DNA of 64,000 bases from an uncultured Nitrospirales bacterium (GCA_964620045.1 CAZUJL010000001.1:522592-586591); one strand, 5' to 3'; positions 28,253 through 38,620 are shown, counted from the first letter of the stretch. Notes: generated from the sequence alone by a model not told the origin. Numbers and translations are program-made.

Positions 28253-29662
28253 CTAGGCGACGATCTCGGTGATCGGCTTGCCGAGGCCATCGCGCGTAAC
28301 GTAGAACGGGCGCTTCTCGATGACGTAGTTGTGCCGCGGGCTGATGCCCATGGCGCGGTAGATCGTTGCGTGCAGGTCTTCGATCACGACGCGTTTCTCC
28401 AACGTCTTGCACGGGCGCTCGTCGGCCGTTTTACCGTGGAGATACGCCTTGCGCGCGCCGCCGCCGAACATCAGCACGCAGCCGGCATCGGTGAAGTGGC
28501 GGTGCATGCCGTAGTGCTTGAGCTCGGTCATTACGTCCGGCACTTCGACCTGATCTGTTACCTTCTTGTCCGGCTTGCCCTCGGTGAGCATGTCGCGGCT
28601 GAACTCGCTGGCAAGCACGATCAACGTGCGATCGAGCAGGCCGCGTTCTTCGAGATCAAGCACCAACTGCGCGATGGGCCGATCGATACGCTGCTTCAAT
28701 TCCACAAGACGTGTGTGTCCGTTCTCGTGCGTGTCCCAATGCTCGAAGGGCACATATTCCGTGGTCACTTCGATGAACCGCGCGCCGTACTCCGTCAAGC
28801 GCCGCGCGAGCAGACATCCCTTGCCGAAACGGCTCGTGCCATAGGCTTCGAGCACTTCCGGTTTTTCGTCGGCCAGATCAAACGCCTTGGCCGCGTCGCT
28901 CGAGAGCAGGCGGTCGGCGCCTTCGAGCGAGTGCATCAGCGAATCGCGGTGATACTCGCTGCCGAGCTGCGCGATCGGGCTGGCGGCCACCATCTTGTTG
29001 TGCAGATCGCGGCGCCGGGCATAACGCGCGCCCGTCATGCCCGCGGGCGGGCGCACCGTCGCCTGCGCGGCGGACGGATCGGGCACGAAGAAGGGGCCGA
29101 ACTCCGAACCGAGGAAACCAGCCGTGTGGAAGGCTTTTAGCTCCTCGCTCTCCCCCACGCTCAGACTCTGGCCGATATCGATAAACGCGGGCACGTCCGG
29201 ATGCTTCGGTCCAAGCGTCCTGGCAATCACGGCGCCAATGTGCGGCGCGGCGACCGTAAGCGGCGGCGCATAGCCTGTGTGCCAGTTGTACTGATGGCGC
29301 GAATGCAGAATCGCGCCGAGGTCGCCGGCGGTGTACGTGCGGATCAGCGTACCGCGATCCATCACCTGGCCGATGTGTTCGAGGCCTTCGCTGAACTCGA
29401 TACCGTCCACAATCGTCGGCACGGGCTTAAATGTGCTGAGCACTTCGGAGCTGGCGAGTCCGGGTTCGAACGCGCGATAGCGCTTCGGATCGAAGGTCTC
29501 GGTGTGCGCCATGCCGCCGCCCATCCAGAGGATGATGAGTGTGTCGGCGGTGGCGGCGGGAACCGGCTCGGTGTCTTCCGCGCGGCCAATGACGGGCGCG
29601 CCGGACGCGAGCGCGCCCAGCGTGGCGGCAGTCGAGTATTTCAGGAAATCGCGGCGTTTCAT
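28253..29662 (-). CDS. DUF1501 protein (Tat-signal, sulfatase-like fold), PVC-type partner of PSCyt proteins
   Basis: Twin-arginine signal MKRRDFLKYSTAATLGALASG; DUF1501 architecture. Confidence 0.8.
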   Translation of the reverse strand: MKRRDFLKYSTAATLGALASGAPVIGRAEDTEPVPAATADTLIILWMGGGMAHTETFDPKRYRAFEPGLASSEVLSTFKPVPTIVDGIEFSEGLEHIGQVMDRGTLIRTYTAGDLGAILHSRHQYNWHTGYAPPLTVAAPHIGAVIARTLGPKHPDVPAFIDIGQSLSVGESEELKAFHTAGFLGSEFGPFFVPDPSAAQATVRPPAGMTGARYARRRDLHNKMVAASPIAQLGSEYHRDSLMHSLEGADRLLSSDAAKAFDLADEKPEVLEAYGTSRFGKGCLLARRLTEYGARFIEVTTEYVPFEHWDTHENGHTRLVELKQRIDRPIAQLVLDLEERGLLDRTLIVLASEFSRDMLTEGKPDKKVTDQVEVPDVMTELKHYGMHRHFTDAGCVLMFGGGARKAYLHGKTADERPCKTLEKRVVIEDLHATIYRAMGISPRHNYVIEKRPFYVTRDGLGKPITEIVA

Positions 29663-29754
29663 ATGTTCGTCATCGCGAGGAGCGGGGTTTGCGACGAAGC
29701 AACCTCTTCATCCAGCACCCACTCTTAAAAACCTCGCCAGCCTCCATTTAATGC

Positions 29755-31641
29755 CTAGTATATCAGTTGAAATTCCGGATGCATGAACAGGCTCCACAGG
29801 AAATCCTGCAGGTCTTCCGATTTGGAAAGGTCCAACCCCGCATCGGCCACGAGCTGCCGCTCGGCGGCGGACGGCTGCCGCTGCATTGCGCGGACGTATA
29901 ACTCGCCGACCGGATCGGTTAGCGGCGTTTTCAGCAGGTGGTTCGCCGCCTTGGCCAGGTACTTCGCCAGCGTCTCGCCGTTGGTCAACTCGATGCCTTG
30001 CAGGCGCGAATATTCCAGCGGGCGGCGCATGGTGACCATTTCGCGGTTCGGCCGGCCGAGCACCAGCGCGAGTTCATCCGCCGGCACGCGCCACGCGCGC
30101 ACGGTGCCCTCGGAACGCGAATCCTCCTGCGGCGCAGGCTCATACTTCGGCTCCGCCTGCCAGAATCCTGTCACGCGCGACATCGCGTCGTAAAATTGTT
30201 CCGCATCGATACGACGCACGGCGGGGCCGTGGAACACATACCCGCCTTCGCCTTCGATCGCGGTGTTGCTCACGAGTTGGTACGCCTGCGACGACGCAAT
30301 CTGGCCGAGCAATCGCTGCAAGTCATAACCATTCGCCGCGAAATCCGCCGCGAGCCAGTCAAGCAGATCCTCGGACCAGGGCGGATTCTCCAGCACGTCG
30401 GTCGGCTCGCTCATGCCGCGACCCATCAGCGCGCCCCACACGCGGTTGACCAGCATGCGCGTGAAGCGGCCGTTGTCCGGGGCGACGACGAGCTCGGCCA
30501 CACGCGCCTGCCGCTCCGGCAAGGTCACGGCGGCGTCGATCGCGCCGAGTTCCGGGAACAGAAAGCGCAGCTCGGCCGTCTTGCCGGTGGGCACGTCGCA
30601 GCGCACGAGTTCGAGGGGCGCCTCGGAGAACGCGCTCGCGAGGCCATAGGCGTCCGCGAGTTTCCAGTTGTCCACAAAGCTGTCGTGGCACGAGGCGCAT
30701 TTGAGGTTCACGCCCATGAACACCTGCGACACGTTGCGCGCGGCCTGCATCGGCGCGGTCTGGTTCGCTGTCGCCGCGCCACGCCACACGATGCCCTTGA
30801 TGAATCCGCCGGACCCGGCGGTGCCGCTGACGAGTTCGCGGGTGAACTGATCGTAGGTTTTGTTGTCGCGCAGCGACGAATACAGCCAGCCGGTAATCTG
30901 TTCGCGGCCGCCGTCAATGTAGCCCGTGCCCTGGAAGTCGTTGCGCAGCGTGTCGTTCCAAAACGTCATCCAGTGCTCGGCGTAGCTGCGGCGATCGGCG
31001 AGCAGGCTCTGTACAAGCTGTTCGCGCTTGTCTTTCTTCTTGGACCCAACAAAATCGGTGAGTTCCGAGTCCGTCGGCAGCAACCCGATCAGATCGAGAT
31101 ACGCACGCCGCGCGAAAACACGATCTTCAACGGTGGCCGGCACCTCAATCTTTCGATCGGCGAAATACGCCGCGGCAAACCGATCAATCGGCGCTTTCGA
31201 TCCATGAATACCCGGCACATTGGGCACGGCCACCTCGCGCGGCTTAAGCGGCGGCGTCCATGCCGGCGCGAGCGGCGTGGCGAGGTCCCAGTTCAGGCCC
31301 TCGTTAATCCAGCGGCGCAGAATGTTAATCTGCTCGGGCGTAAGCGGCTCGCCCTTGTTCGGCATCCGCTCTTCCTTGTCCGTGCTGGTGACCAGTTCAA
31401 TGAGCAGGCTCTCGTCCGCCTTGCCCAAGACGACCGCCGGCCCGAACTCGCCCCCCTTCAGCAGTTCTTCTCGTGACAACATGCTCAGCCCGCCGCGACG
31501 CTCTTCGAGGCCGTGGCACTTCAGGCACCGTTCGGCCAGGATCGTGTGCACGTCGCGGGAAAAGGAAATCGGCTGCTGGGCAGTCGCGCCGCCTGCAGCA
31601 ACGAGCACTAAAATTCCGGAAATCCATCGCATCATGGTCAT
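29755..31641 (-). CDS. PSCyt1/DUF1549/DUF1553 Planctomycete-type cytochrome-c domain protein
   Basis: Signal peptide. CxxCH heme motif (CLKCHG). DUF1549 and DUF1553 regions. 628 aa. Adjacent to the DUF1501 gene, as is typical. Confidence 0.8.
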   Translation of the reverse strand: MTMMRWISGILVLVAAGGATAQQPISFSRDVHTILAERCLKCHGLEERRGGLSMLSREELLKGGEFGPAVVLGKADESLLIELVTSTDKEERMPNKGEPLTPEQINILRRWINEGLNWDLATPLAPAWTPPLKPREVAVPNVPGIHGSKAPIDRFAAAYFADRKIEVPATVEDRVFARRAYLDLIGLLPTDSELTDFVGSKKKDKREQLVQSLLADRRSYAEHWMTFWNDTLRNDFQGTGYIDGGREQITGWLYSSLRDNKTYDQFTRELVSGTAGSGGFIKGIVWRGAATANQTAPMQAARNVSQVFMGVNLKCASCHDSFVDNWKLADAYGLASAFSEAPLELVRCDVPTGKTAELRFLFPELGAIDAAVTLPERQARVAELVVAPDNGRFTRMLVNRVWGALMGRGMSEPTDVLENPPWSEDLLDWLAADFAANGYDLQRLLGQIASSQAYQLVSNTAIEGEGGYVFHGPAVRRIDAEQFYDAMSRVTGFWQAEPKYEPAPQEDSRSEGTVRAWRVPADELALVLGRPNREMVTMRRPLEYSRLQGIELTNGETLAKYLAKAANHLLKTPLTDPVGELYVRAMQRQPSAAERQLVADAGLDLSKSEDLQDFLWSLFMHPEFQLIY

Positions 31642-31695
31642 GCCAGCATAATAACCGATTTCGGACGATCAACCGCCTCAATCGTCACAGACGGC

Positions 31696-34146
31696 CTAGA
31701 ACAGTCCATACGGATCGAGATCGGATTTTAATACAACGCTTTTCGGAATCGTCTCATCAAACTGCACACGCAACTGCCGGGCAAGTGCATTCAGTGTTTT
31801 CGCGGATCGGCAAAACGCGCCGAGGTTCCAGCGGTATTTGGTCTTGACGCGGTAAATCGTGGCCGGCGCGGGGCCGAGCAGTTCGACGGCCCGGAGATCC
31901 TGGGTTTCGAGCGCCTCGCGCGCCCACCCGACCAGGCGCATGGCGGCGCGCTCGGCGGCGGATTCGTCTTCGGATTCAATGGTGAATTGGACCATGCGGC
32001 GGAAGGGCGGATAGCCGGAGCGCTGGCGGTCGGCGATCTCGCGGCGGTAGAACGCGGCGTAGTCGTGGTGCTGCGCGGCCAGAATCGCGTAGTGGTTCGG
32101 CCGGCAGGTCTGGATCAGCACCTCGCCGGGGCGCTCGCCGCGGCCCGCGCGGCCGGCCACCTGCGTGAGCAACTGGAAAATATTCTCGGCCGCTCGGAAG
32201 TCGGGCATGGCGAGGCCGTTGTCGGCGTTCAGCACGCCCACGAGCGTAACGCCGGGATAGTCGTGCCCCTTCGCGATCATCTGCGTGCCCACGAGCACAT
32301 CGACCTCGTGCTTCGCGAAGCGTTGCAGAATTTTCGCGTGACCGTGCTTCGTCGCCGTCGTGTCGCGATCCATCCGCTCGATGCGCGCGTTCGGGAAACT
32401 GCGCAGCAGGTAGTCCTCCACCTTCTGCGTGCCCTGGCCGAGATAGGTCAGCGGCGCGAAGCCGCAGTCATCGCACGCCATCGGCACGCGCCGGCGCAAG
32501 TTGCAGTAGTGGCACGCGAGAAACTGTCCGCGCGCGTGATACGTCATCGTCACGTGGCAATCGGTGCACGCCGTGCACGATCCGCAGGCCGGGCACAGCA
32601 AGAACGGCGAATGTCCGCGCCGGTTGAGCAGCAGAATCACCTGTTCGCGCTCGGCGATCCGCGCGCCGACCGCATCCTCCAGCATGCGCGAGAGCACGAC
32701 CTCGCCCGCCTGCTCGCGCACTTCGGCGCGCATATCCACGAGCTTCACCTGCGGCAACGCGGCGCGGGTGGCGCGGCGTTTCAGCTCGAGCCGCACAGAC
32801 TTGCCGGTCTCGCTGTTGTGGTAGGACTCGATGCTCGGCGTGGCGGAGCCGAGCACGCACACGGCGTTGTTCATCTGCGCGCGCACGATGGCAGCGTCGC
32901 GCGCATGGTAGCGCGGCACTTCGCCCTGTTTGTATGAGCCGTCGTGCTCTTCGTCCACGATGATGATGCCGAGGTTTTGCAGCGGCGCGAAGATGGCCGA
33001 GCGCGCGCCGACCACAATGCGCACCTCGCCACGCTGCGCGCGCCGCCATTCGTCGTAGCGCTCGCCCGCGCTGAGGCCGCTGTGCAGCACGGCGATGTCG
33101 GTCTGGAACCGCGCGAGGAAGCGGCCTACGGTCTGCGGCGTCAGCGAGATTTCCGGCACGAGCACGATCGCGCTTTTCCCAAGCGCCAGCGCGCGTTCGA
33201 TCACCTGCAAATACACTTCAGTCTTGCCGGAACCCGTGATGCCGTGCATCAGGAATGTTTTGAACTCAGCGGTATCCAGCGACCGCGCGACGGCATCGAA
33301 GGCCGCCTGTTGTTCCTCGTTCAGCGGCAGTTTCTCGCGCGAGGCCGCGTCCGCATGCAACAACGGCGTCCGGTACATCTCGCGATCTTCGCGGCGGATA
33401 AGGCCTTTTTCTTCCAGCCCTTTCAGCGCTGCCGTGGTCGCGTCGTGTCGTGTGCACAGCGGCGCGGCCGCTTGCTCCGGATCGTTGCGAAGGAGGTCAA
33501 AATAAATCGCCGCCTGTTTAGGCGCACGGCGTTGCAGGGCCACTTGCTCTTCGATCGGCAGCACCGCCTCTTCAATGAGTACCGCCCACGCTTCGGTGCG
33601 CTCGGAGACCGTCGCCCGCGTCGCAACGGACGCCCGGGTGAGCGCGCCACGCCGTTCCAGCGCGGCCAGCGCGGATGCCAATTCCTCCTCGCCCAGCATG
33701 CGCTTGAGTTCGGCGTCGTCCAGCGGCCCGCGCGCGTGCAGCGCGGCAATCACTTCGCGCTGGCGCTCGGTGTAGCGACCATCCGGCAATGCAGACGCGA
33801 GACGATATTCTTTTTTCGTACGCTGGTTGATGCCGGGCGGCACGGCGCTCGGCAGCACTTCGCCCAGCGAGCAGCAGTAGTACTCCGCGATCCACGTGCA
33901 GAGCTTGATGATCTCCGGCGACAGCGCGGGCGTTTCGTCCGGCAGCTCGGCGATGTCGCGGACCTTCTCGATCTCGCTCTCGTCAGACAGCCCGACGATA
34001 TATCCTGTCTCGAGCCGGCGCTGCACCGGCACAAGCGCGCGCATGCCGATCGCGGCACGATCGGCATACGTCGGCGGAATGGAATAGGTAAAAGGGTGGT
34101 CGAGCGGTAGCGGCAGGGCCACCTGCGCGAAGCGGCGCCCCGGCAT
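31696..34146 (-). CDS. priA: Primosomal protein N' (replication-restart helicase)
   Basis: Walker A GITGSGKT; DEEHD box; Cys4 zinc-ribbon insert CPACGSCTACTDCHV ... CHYC ... CDDCG; 816 aa. Confidence 0.9.
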   Translation of the reverse strand: MPGRRFAQVALPLPLDHPFTYSIPPTYADRAAIGMRALVPVQRRLETGYIVGLSDESEIEKVRDIAELPDETPALSPEIIKLCTWIAEYYCCSLGEVLPSAVPPGINQRTKKEYRLASALPDGRYTERQREVIAALHARGPLDDAELKRMLGEEELASALAALERRGALTRASVATRATVSERTEAWAVLIEEAVLPIEEQVALQRRAPKQAAIYFDLLRNDPEQAAAPLCTRHDATTAALKGLEEKGLIRREDREMYRTPLLHADAASREKLPLNEEQQAAFDAVARSLDTAEFKTFLMHGITGSGKTEVYLQVIERALALGKSAIVLVPEISLTPQTVGRFLARFQTDIAVLHSGLSAGERYDEWRRAQRGEVRIVVGARSAIFAPLQNLGIIIVDEEHDGSYKQGEVPRYHARDAAIVRAQMNNAVCVLGSATPSIESYHNSETGKSVRLELKRRATRAALPQVKLVDMRAEVREQAGEVVLSRMLEDAVGARIAEREQVILLLNRRGHSPFLLCPACGSCTACTDCHVTMTYHARGQFLACHYCNLRRRVPMACDDCGFAPLTYLGQGTQKVEDYLLRSFPNARIERMDRDTTATKHGHAKILQRFAKHEVDVLVGTQMIAKGHDYPGVTLVGVLNADNGLAMPDFRAAENIFQLLTQVAGRAGRGERPGEVLIQTCRPNHYAILAAQHHDYAAFYRREIADRQRSGYPPFRRMVQFTIESEDESAAERAAMRLVGWAREALETQDLRAVELLGPAPATIYRVKTKYRWNLGAFCRSAKTLNALARQLRVQFDETIPKSVVLKSDLDPYGLF

Positions 34147-34149
34147 CGG

Positions 34150-34746
34150 CTACTCCCGCAGTTCGGCGTCCCAGTAAGCCGTGTCGAGGAAGCGCTGCCA
34201 GCTCGAGATGCGCCCGGCGGGCAGGCGCGTGCCGAGCGTCGGCAGCCACGCCGGCTTGTGCGGCCGGCGGATCAGCGGCATTTCGGCCTCGGGCGGCGTG
34301 CGATCGCCCTTGCGCACGTTGCACTGCACGCACGCAAGCACGAGGTTGTCCCACGTGTCGCGTCCGCCGCGCGACCGCGGCATGACGTGGTCAATGGTCA
34401 ATTCCGACTTCGCGAGTTTCTTCCCGCAGTACTGGCAGGTGCTCTTGTCGCGCTCGAAAATGCTGCGGCGCGAGAAGCGCACTTCCTTGTGGAAGAAGCC
34501 ATTGAATGCGTTGAGGATGATGATCTCCGGCACGCGCACTTTCATCGTCGGCGTGTGAATGAACCGGCCCTCTTCGCGCGCGAGCGACAACTCGCACCAG
34601 TCGGAGAAATCGTGTTGGCGGTAATCTGCCGGATCAACGGCGCGGGCGAGGTCCTGATAGAGCAGCGCAAGGGCGCGGCGGACGGACGCAACGTTCACGG
34701 CCACCCACGAGCGGTTCAGGACAAGTACCTGGCCCTCGATGTGCAT
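34150..34746 (-). CDS. HNH endonuclease
   Basis: CQYCGKKLAKSELTIDHVMPRSRGGRDTWDNLVLACVQCNVRKG. Trimmed to the MHIEGQ start. Confidence 0.75.
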   Translation of the reverse strand: MHIEGQVLVLNRSWVAVNVASVRRALALLYQDLARAVDPADYRQHDFSDWCELSLAREEGRFIHTPTMKVRVPEIIILNAFNGFFHKEVRFSRRSIFERDKSTCQYCGKKLAKSELTIDHVMPRSRGGRDTWDNLVLACVQCNVRKGDRTPPEAEMPLIRRPHKPAWLPTLGTRLPAGRISSWQRFLDTAYWDAELRE

Positions 34747-34881
34747 GCACGACCTCTCGGTGTGCCGCGCGCGCCGTGCGCCCGGCCCGTGCCACCCACG
34801 CCCATGCATACTACAAATCGCCTGTTAAACCTGCATGAGCAAGGGATAATGAGTATAGAAATCTCGCAAACCCCAGTTCAA

Positions 34882-35015
34882 CCTACCTTTTCTTTGGAGA
34901 AAGAAAAGGTAGGACCAAAAGAAACCATAAAGGGGTTTGGGAATGTGGGAGGGCGAGCGTCGTCGCGAGCTACAGTCGCCGGTAAATCCAAGCTCGCGAG
35001 GACGCTCGCCCTCCC
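34882..35015. repeat. Cluster of nested perfect inverted repeats (structured RNA or REP-like element) in a lower-GC intergenic region
   Basis: A 13-bp-stem hairpin cctaccttttctt-tggag-aagaaaaggtagg (34882–34913) is nested inside caaacccc ... ggggtttg. A second 15-bp-stem inverted repeat, gggagggcgagcgtc ... gacgctcgccctccc (34947–35015), carries an internal tcgcgagc/gctcgcga pair. Confidence 0.5.
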
Positions 35016-35077
35016 GCTGCGCCTGAGCTTGCTCCGGTAGATAGAATGGTGATCTCGACAACGGAAAGGGCGCGGCG

Positions 35078-35641
35078 ATGGGCGACGACTTTCTGGGCGG
35101 CCTGGCAAAGAGTATTTCCGACATTGAGCGTCGCGCACGGGAACATTTCGGCAAGCTGGACTACGAGACGTTCAACTGGAGCTCCGAGCCGGGCCGCTGG
35201 AGCATCGGACAGTGCCTTGAGCATCTGGTGAAATCGAACGAGCCCTACTTCGCCATTTTCGATCGTCTCGCGAACGGCACCCACCGCGCCACGATCTGGG
35301 AACAGATCCCAATCTGGCCGATGCTCTGGGGCAAGGCGCTCTACAACACCATCAAACCCGAAAACGCGCGCAAAGCCAAGGCACCCAAAATTTTCCAACC
35401 AACGATCGGGACGGTACTGCTCTCGACACTCGACGAGTTCTGCCGGCAACAGCCGCGGCTCATCGCCGCGATGAGCAACCTCAAACACCTCGACCTGGAG
35501 GCGACAATCATCACGTCGCCGGTCGCGAGAGTTATTACTTACAGCTTGAGAGACACCTTCGCGATTCTGGCCGCACATGAAGAGCGGCACATGCGCCAGG
35601 CGGAGCGGGTGTTGGTGGCAATGAGTAAGTTAAAGATCTAA
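35078..35641 (+). CDS. DinB/YfiT-family (DinB_2) metal-dependent protein
   Basis: WSIGQCLEHLVKSNEPYF ... ILAAHEERHMRQ, the His triad pattern of DinB_2. Confidence 0.6.
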   Translation: MGDDFLGGLAKSISDIERRAREHFGKLDYETFNWSSEPGRWSIGQCLEHLVKSNEPYFAIFDRLANGTHRATIWEQIPIWPMLWGKALYNTIKPENARKAKAPKIFQPTIGTVLLSTLDEFCRQQPRLIAAMSNLKHLDLEATIITSPVARVITYSLRDTFAILAAHEERHMRQAERVLVAMSKLKI

Positions 35642-35667
35642 GCGGCGGGACGCCGCTTCCACATTAA

Positions 35668-37455
35668 CTACTTCCCATTCGCCCGATTCGCCTGCAGTAC
35701 GCAGCGGAATCCCACCGTGGTGAGTTGGGCTTCGCGGAAGAGGCCTTTGCGGGCGCAGCAGCGGAGTTCGGGGGGCTGGGAGTGCCAAGAGCCGCCGCGG
35801 ACTACGCGGCGCGGTTCGCTGGGGACGTCGGTGTCGCCTCCCGTGCCGGGGTCGTAGGGCACGAAGGCGCCCGTGGTCCATTCGAACACGTTGCCGGCGA
35901 GATCGAAGACGCCGTCGGGCGTGGCGCCGGAGTCGTGCATGGTGACAATCGACGGCATGCCGAGGTAGTCGCCGTAGTTGCAGACGGCCGTGTCGGGTTC
36001 GAGCGTGCCCCAGGGATATTTGCGGCTGTCCTTGCCGCGCGCGGCGAATTCCCACTGGCGCTCGTTGGGAATTGCCTTGCCGCACCACTGCGCGTAGGCC
36101 TGGGCGTCGTCGAAGGTAACACCGACGACGGGCTGGCGCGGACCGTTCAGCTCAGGGTCGCGCCAATATTTCGGCTCGGCGTGGCCGGTGGCCTTTATGA
36201 ACGCGCCGTATTGGTCGTTCGTCACCGGGTACTTGTCGATGTAGAACGGCTCAATGCGCGTTTCGAATTCAGGCGCTTCCTCGCGGAAGTCGTTGCAGCC
36301 CATGAAAAAGCTGCCGCCGGGCAACAGGACCATGTTCTCCGTGGACACCTGCTTGCCGGACTGCGTCTGCACAGAGACGCCTTCGCGGGCCTTGTATGAC
36401 TTTTTGTAGGCGGTGCCGAGCGCGTCGCGGAACTCGCGCGCGGATTGCCAGCGGCGCTCGCGCTCCTTAAGCAACGCGCGGTCGAGCACCTCGACGACGG
36501 AGGGCGAGACATCCTGTCGCACTTCGAGCACGGTGACCGGGTCGTCAATCGGCGTGCGCAGCGTGAGCAACTCGTGCAGGATCAGGCCCATGCTGTAAAT
36601 ATCGGAGCGGAAATCGATCGGCAGGTGGCGGTGCTGCTCGGGCGAGGCGTACACCGCCGTACCCACGATGCGTTTGGGCTTCGGCTGCCCCGGCTGCAGG
36701 ACTTCCTGCTCGTCTTCCACGGCGACCGCGAGACCGAAGTCGAGCACCTTCGCGCGGTCGCCCGGCAGCAACATGATGTTTTCCGGCTTCAAGTCGCGGT
36801 GAACCACCATGCGGTGGGCGTAGTCGAGCGCGGAGAGCGACTGCAGCGTAAGGTCGATGGCGAGGTGCGCGTCCATCAGGCGGCGCTCGGCCCGGTGTTT
36901 CTTGAGGTACGCGCGCAGCGAGGCGCCCTTGAGCAGCTCCATCGTCAGGTACAGGATACCGTCGGGCGTGGTGCTCACGTCGTGGACGGACACGATATTC
37001 TCGTGGCGCAGGCGGCGCGCGATCTGGGCCTCTTTAATGAAAAGCTGCTGGCCACGCTGGGTGGCGAGCGCGCGGGGGTGCATGAACTTCAGCGCGACTT
37101 CTTCGTCGATCAGCGCGTCGTGCGCTTTATATACAACACCCATGCCGCCTTTGCCGATCTTGGCGTCGATAATGTACCGGTCGGCGATGCGGGTGCCGCT
37201 CTCGAAATTGAGGGCCTGTTCGGCGGGGCGCTGCTCGGTGGTGGGCACGCGGACGGCCGCGCCACAGCCGAAACACAGGCCGGGCCGCCCCTGGACCGTG
37301 TCCGGGACGATGATGCGAAGTCCGCAGCTCCCGCACGTGACATGGATCATCGGTGGTTTTCCCGCCCCAAGGAATCTGTCGGGAATCGTAGCACTGGTGC
37401 GCCGATCCGGCAAAATAGGACAGCGTTTCACCATTGACAAAGGCCTGATCGCCAC
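35668..37455 (-). CDS. Ser/Thr protein kinase fused to a C-terminal formylglycine-generating-enzyme (FGE-sulfatase) domain, with an N-terminal zinc ribbon
   Basis: CGSCG ... CFGCG ribbon. Kinase subdomains I–XI (GKGGMGVVYKA, HRDLKPEN, DFG). C-terminal RVVRGGSWHS ... FGE-type domain. Confidence 0.8.
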   Translation of the reverse strand: MAIRPLSMVKRCPILPDRRTSATIPDRFLGAGKPPMIHVTCGSCGLRIIVPDTVQGRPGLCFGCGAAVRVPTTEQRPAEQALNFESGTRIADRYIIDAKIGKGGMGVVYKAHDALIDEEVALKFMHPRALATQRGQQLFIKEAQIARRLRHENIVSVHDVSTTPDGILYLTMELLKGASLRAYLKKHRAERRLMDAHLAIDLTLQSLSALDYAHRMVVHRDLKPENIMLLPGDRAKVLDFGLAVAVEDEQEVLQPGQPKPKRIVGTAVYASPEQHRHLPIDFRSDIYSMGLILHELLTLRTPIDDPVTVLEVRQDVSPSVVEVLDRALLKERERRWQSAREFRDALGTAYKKSYKAREGVSVQTQSGKQVSTENMVLLPGGSFFMGCNDFREEAPEFETRIEPFYIDKYPVTNDQYGAFIKATGHAEPKYWRDPELNGPRQPVVGVTFDDAQAYAQWCGKAIPNERQWEFAARGKDSRKYPWGTLEPDTAVCNYGDYLGMPSIVTMHDSGATPDGVFDLAGNVFEWTTGAFVPYDPGTGGDTDVPSEPRRVVRGGSWHSQPPELRCCARKGLFREAQLTTVGFRCVLQANRANGK

Positions 37456-37495
37456 TTAGGCTTCCGCCACGGGGAATACCGCTCGGGGGACTCTC

Positions 37496-38620
37496 ATGGA
37501 GTCGATTACGCTGAATCCGCCTTCGCAGGCGTCGCAGGAAAACCGTCGCGCGGCGCGCGTGCGCAAGGTGCGGCCGGTGGCATTTGTGGCGCGAAGCGCG
37601 GACGCCGAACCGGCGATGCGCACAGTGACGGCGAACATAAGCCGCGGCGGAATGCTGCTGGTGACACGGCAGGATTCATTTCCGCCGGCGGGCTCAAGTG
37701 TATTGCTGATGCCGTTTGATGTTTCCGCGCAAAACTCGCCCGATGCCGGCGCGGCAATCCAGGGTCGGATCGTGTACACACGTTTTTCGCCGCGCGCGCA
37801 GTTACGCTTCGCGGGACTGAAGTTTGAGCAGGATCTTCCCGCGCGCGCCGCGCAGATTCTGGGGCTCGACGGGCGACCGGATTCCGTGTCCGACGCCGTG
37901 ACGACGCTGGAAGAATTGGAAATGCTTGCGACCGCGCCACGCGCTATCGCGCGGGCATCGTTTGACGATACCGCCCATGCCGCTCCCGAGCCGCGCATGG
38001 CCGAGATGCCGATCAGCGAACCGTATGGCGGCGGACCCGTCGGCCGCGTGCGCGAAGCGCTGGCCATCGCGCGCGTGGAATTTATTCGCGCGACGAGCGC
38101 GTTTATGGAAGCGTGGGGTGAATCTCAAATCCGCGATACTTTGGGCGCGCGCCATGCCTTGGCGCGCGCGAAAGGCGCGGACGGTCTGCGCGAAATGAAA
38201 CGCGAATGGATTGGGTTGCGCGGGAATTTCGCGGCGCTGGCCGAAGCGGAATTTGAAAAGAGCGGCGCGTGGCCCCGGGCCGGGTTCATGGATGCCGCCG
38301 AAAACCCCTATTACAACACCGAACAAGACCAGCCGCGCGCGGCCGTCATGCAGACACTGCGCATGCTGGCGGGCCAGGTGGGCCGGGTGCTCGTGCGGCA
38401 TGGCTTTGTCGATGTCGGCGCAGGTTCAGACTGGGCGCTGACCAACGAACGCAGCGGGTTAACGTTTACGGGCGCGATGGCGTTTTCTGACGCCATGCGC
38501 GATACGTTGATGCGCGCGGGCCAGTTGCAGGCGGAATTGTTGCGCTCGCTTGAACAGGCCACTCTGATGCGGGAAAACGAAGCGCGCGCCGAAGCCTTGC
38601 GGATATGGGATCGCGCATAA
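37496..38620 (+). CDS. PilZ-domain protein with a ~270-aa uncharacterised C-terminal extension
   Basis: The c-di-GMP-binding motifs RRAARVRKV (RxxxR) and NISRGGMLL (D/NxSxxG) lie in the first ~90 aa. Confidence 0.6.
   Translation: MESITLNPPSQASQENRRAARVRKVRPVAFVARSADAEPAMRTVTANISRGGMLLVTRQDSFPPAGSSVLLMPFDVSAQNSPDAGAAIQGRIVYTRFSPRAQLRFAGLKFEQDLPARAAQILGLDGRPDSVSDAVTTLEELEMLATAPRAIARASFDDTAHAAPEPRMAEMPISEPYGGGPVGRVREALAIARVEFIRATSAFMEAWGESQIRDTLGARHALARAKGADGLREMKREWIGLRGNFAALAEAEFEKSGAWPRAGFMDAAENPYYNTEQDQPRAAVMQTLRMLAGQVGRVLVRHGFVDVGAGSDWALTNERSGLTFTGAMAFSDAMRDTLMRAGQLQAELLRSLEQATLMRENEARAEALRIWDRA

Noticed and set aside
28182-28412. Small ORFs in intergenic gaps (e.g. 28182..28412, 23560..23760, 40265..40495) as possible toxin/antitoxin or precursor peptides
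   Set aside because: They overlap real genes or their termini on the opposite strand and have artefact-like composition. No RBS or conservation signal supports them.
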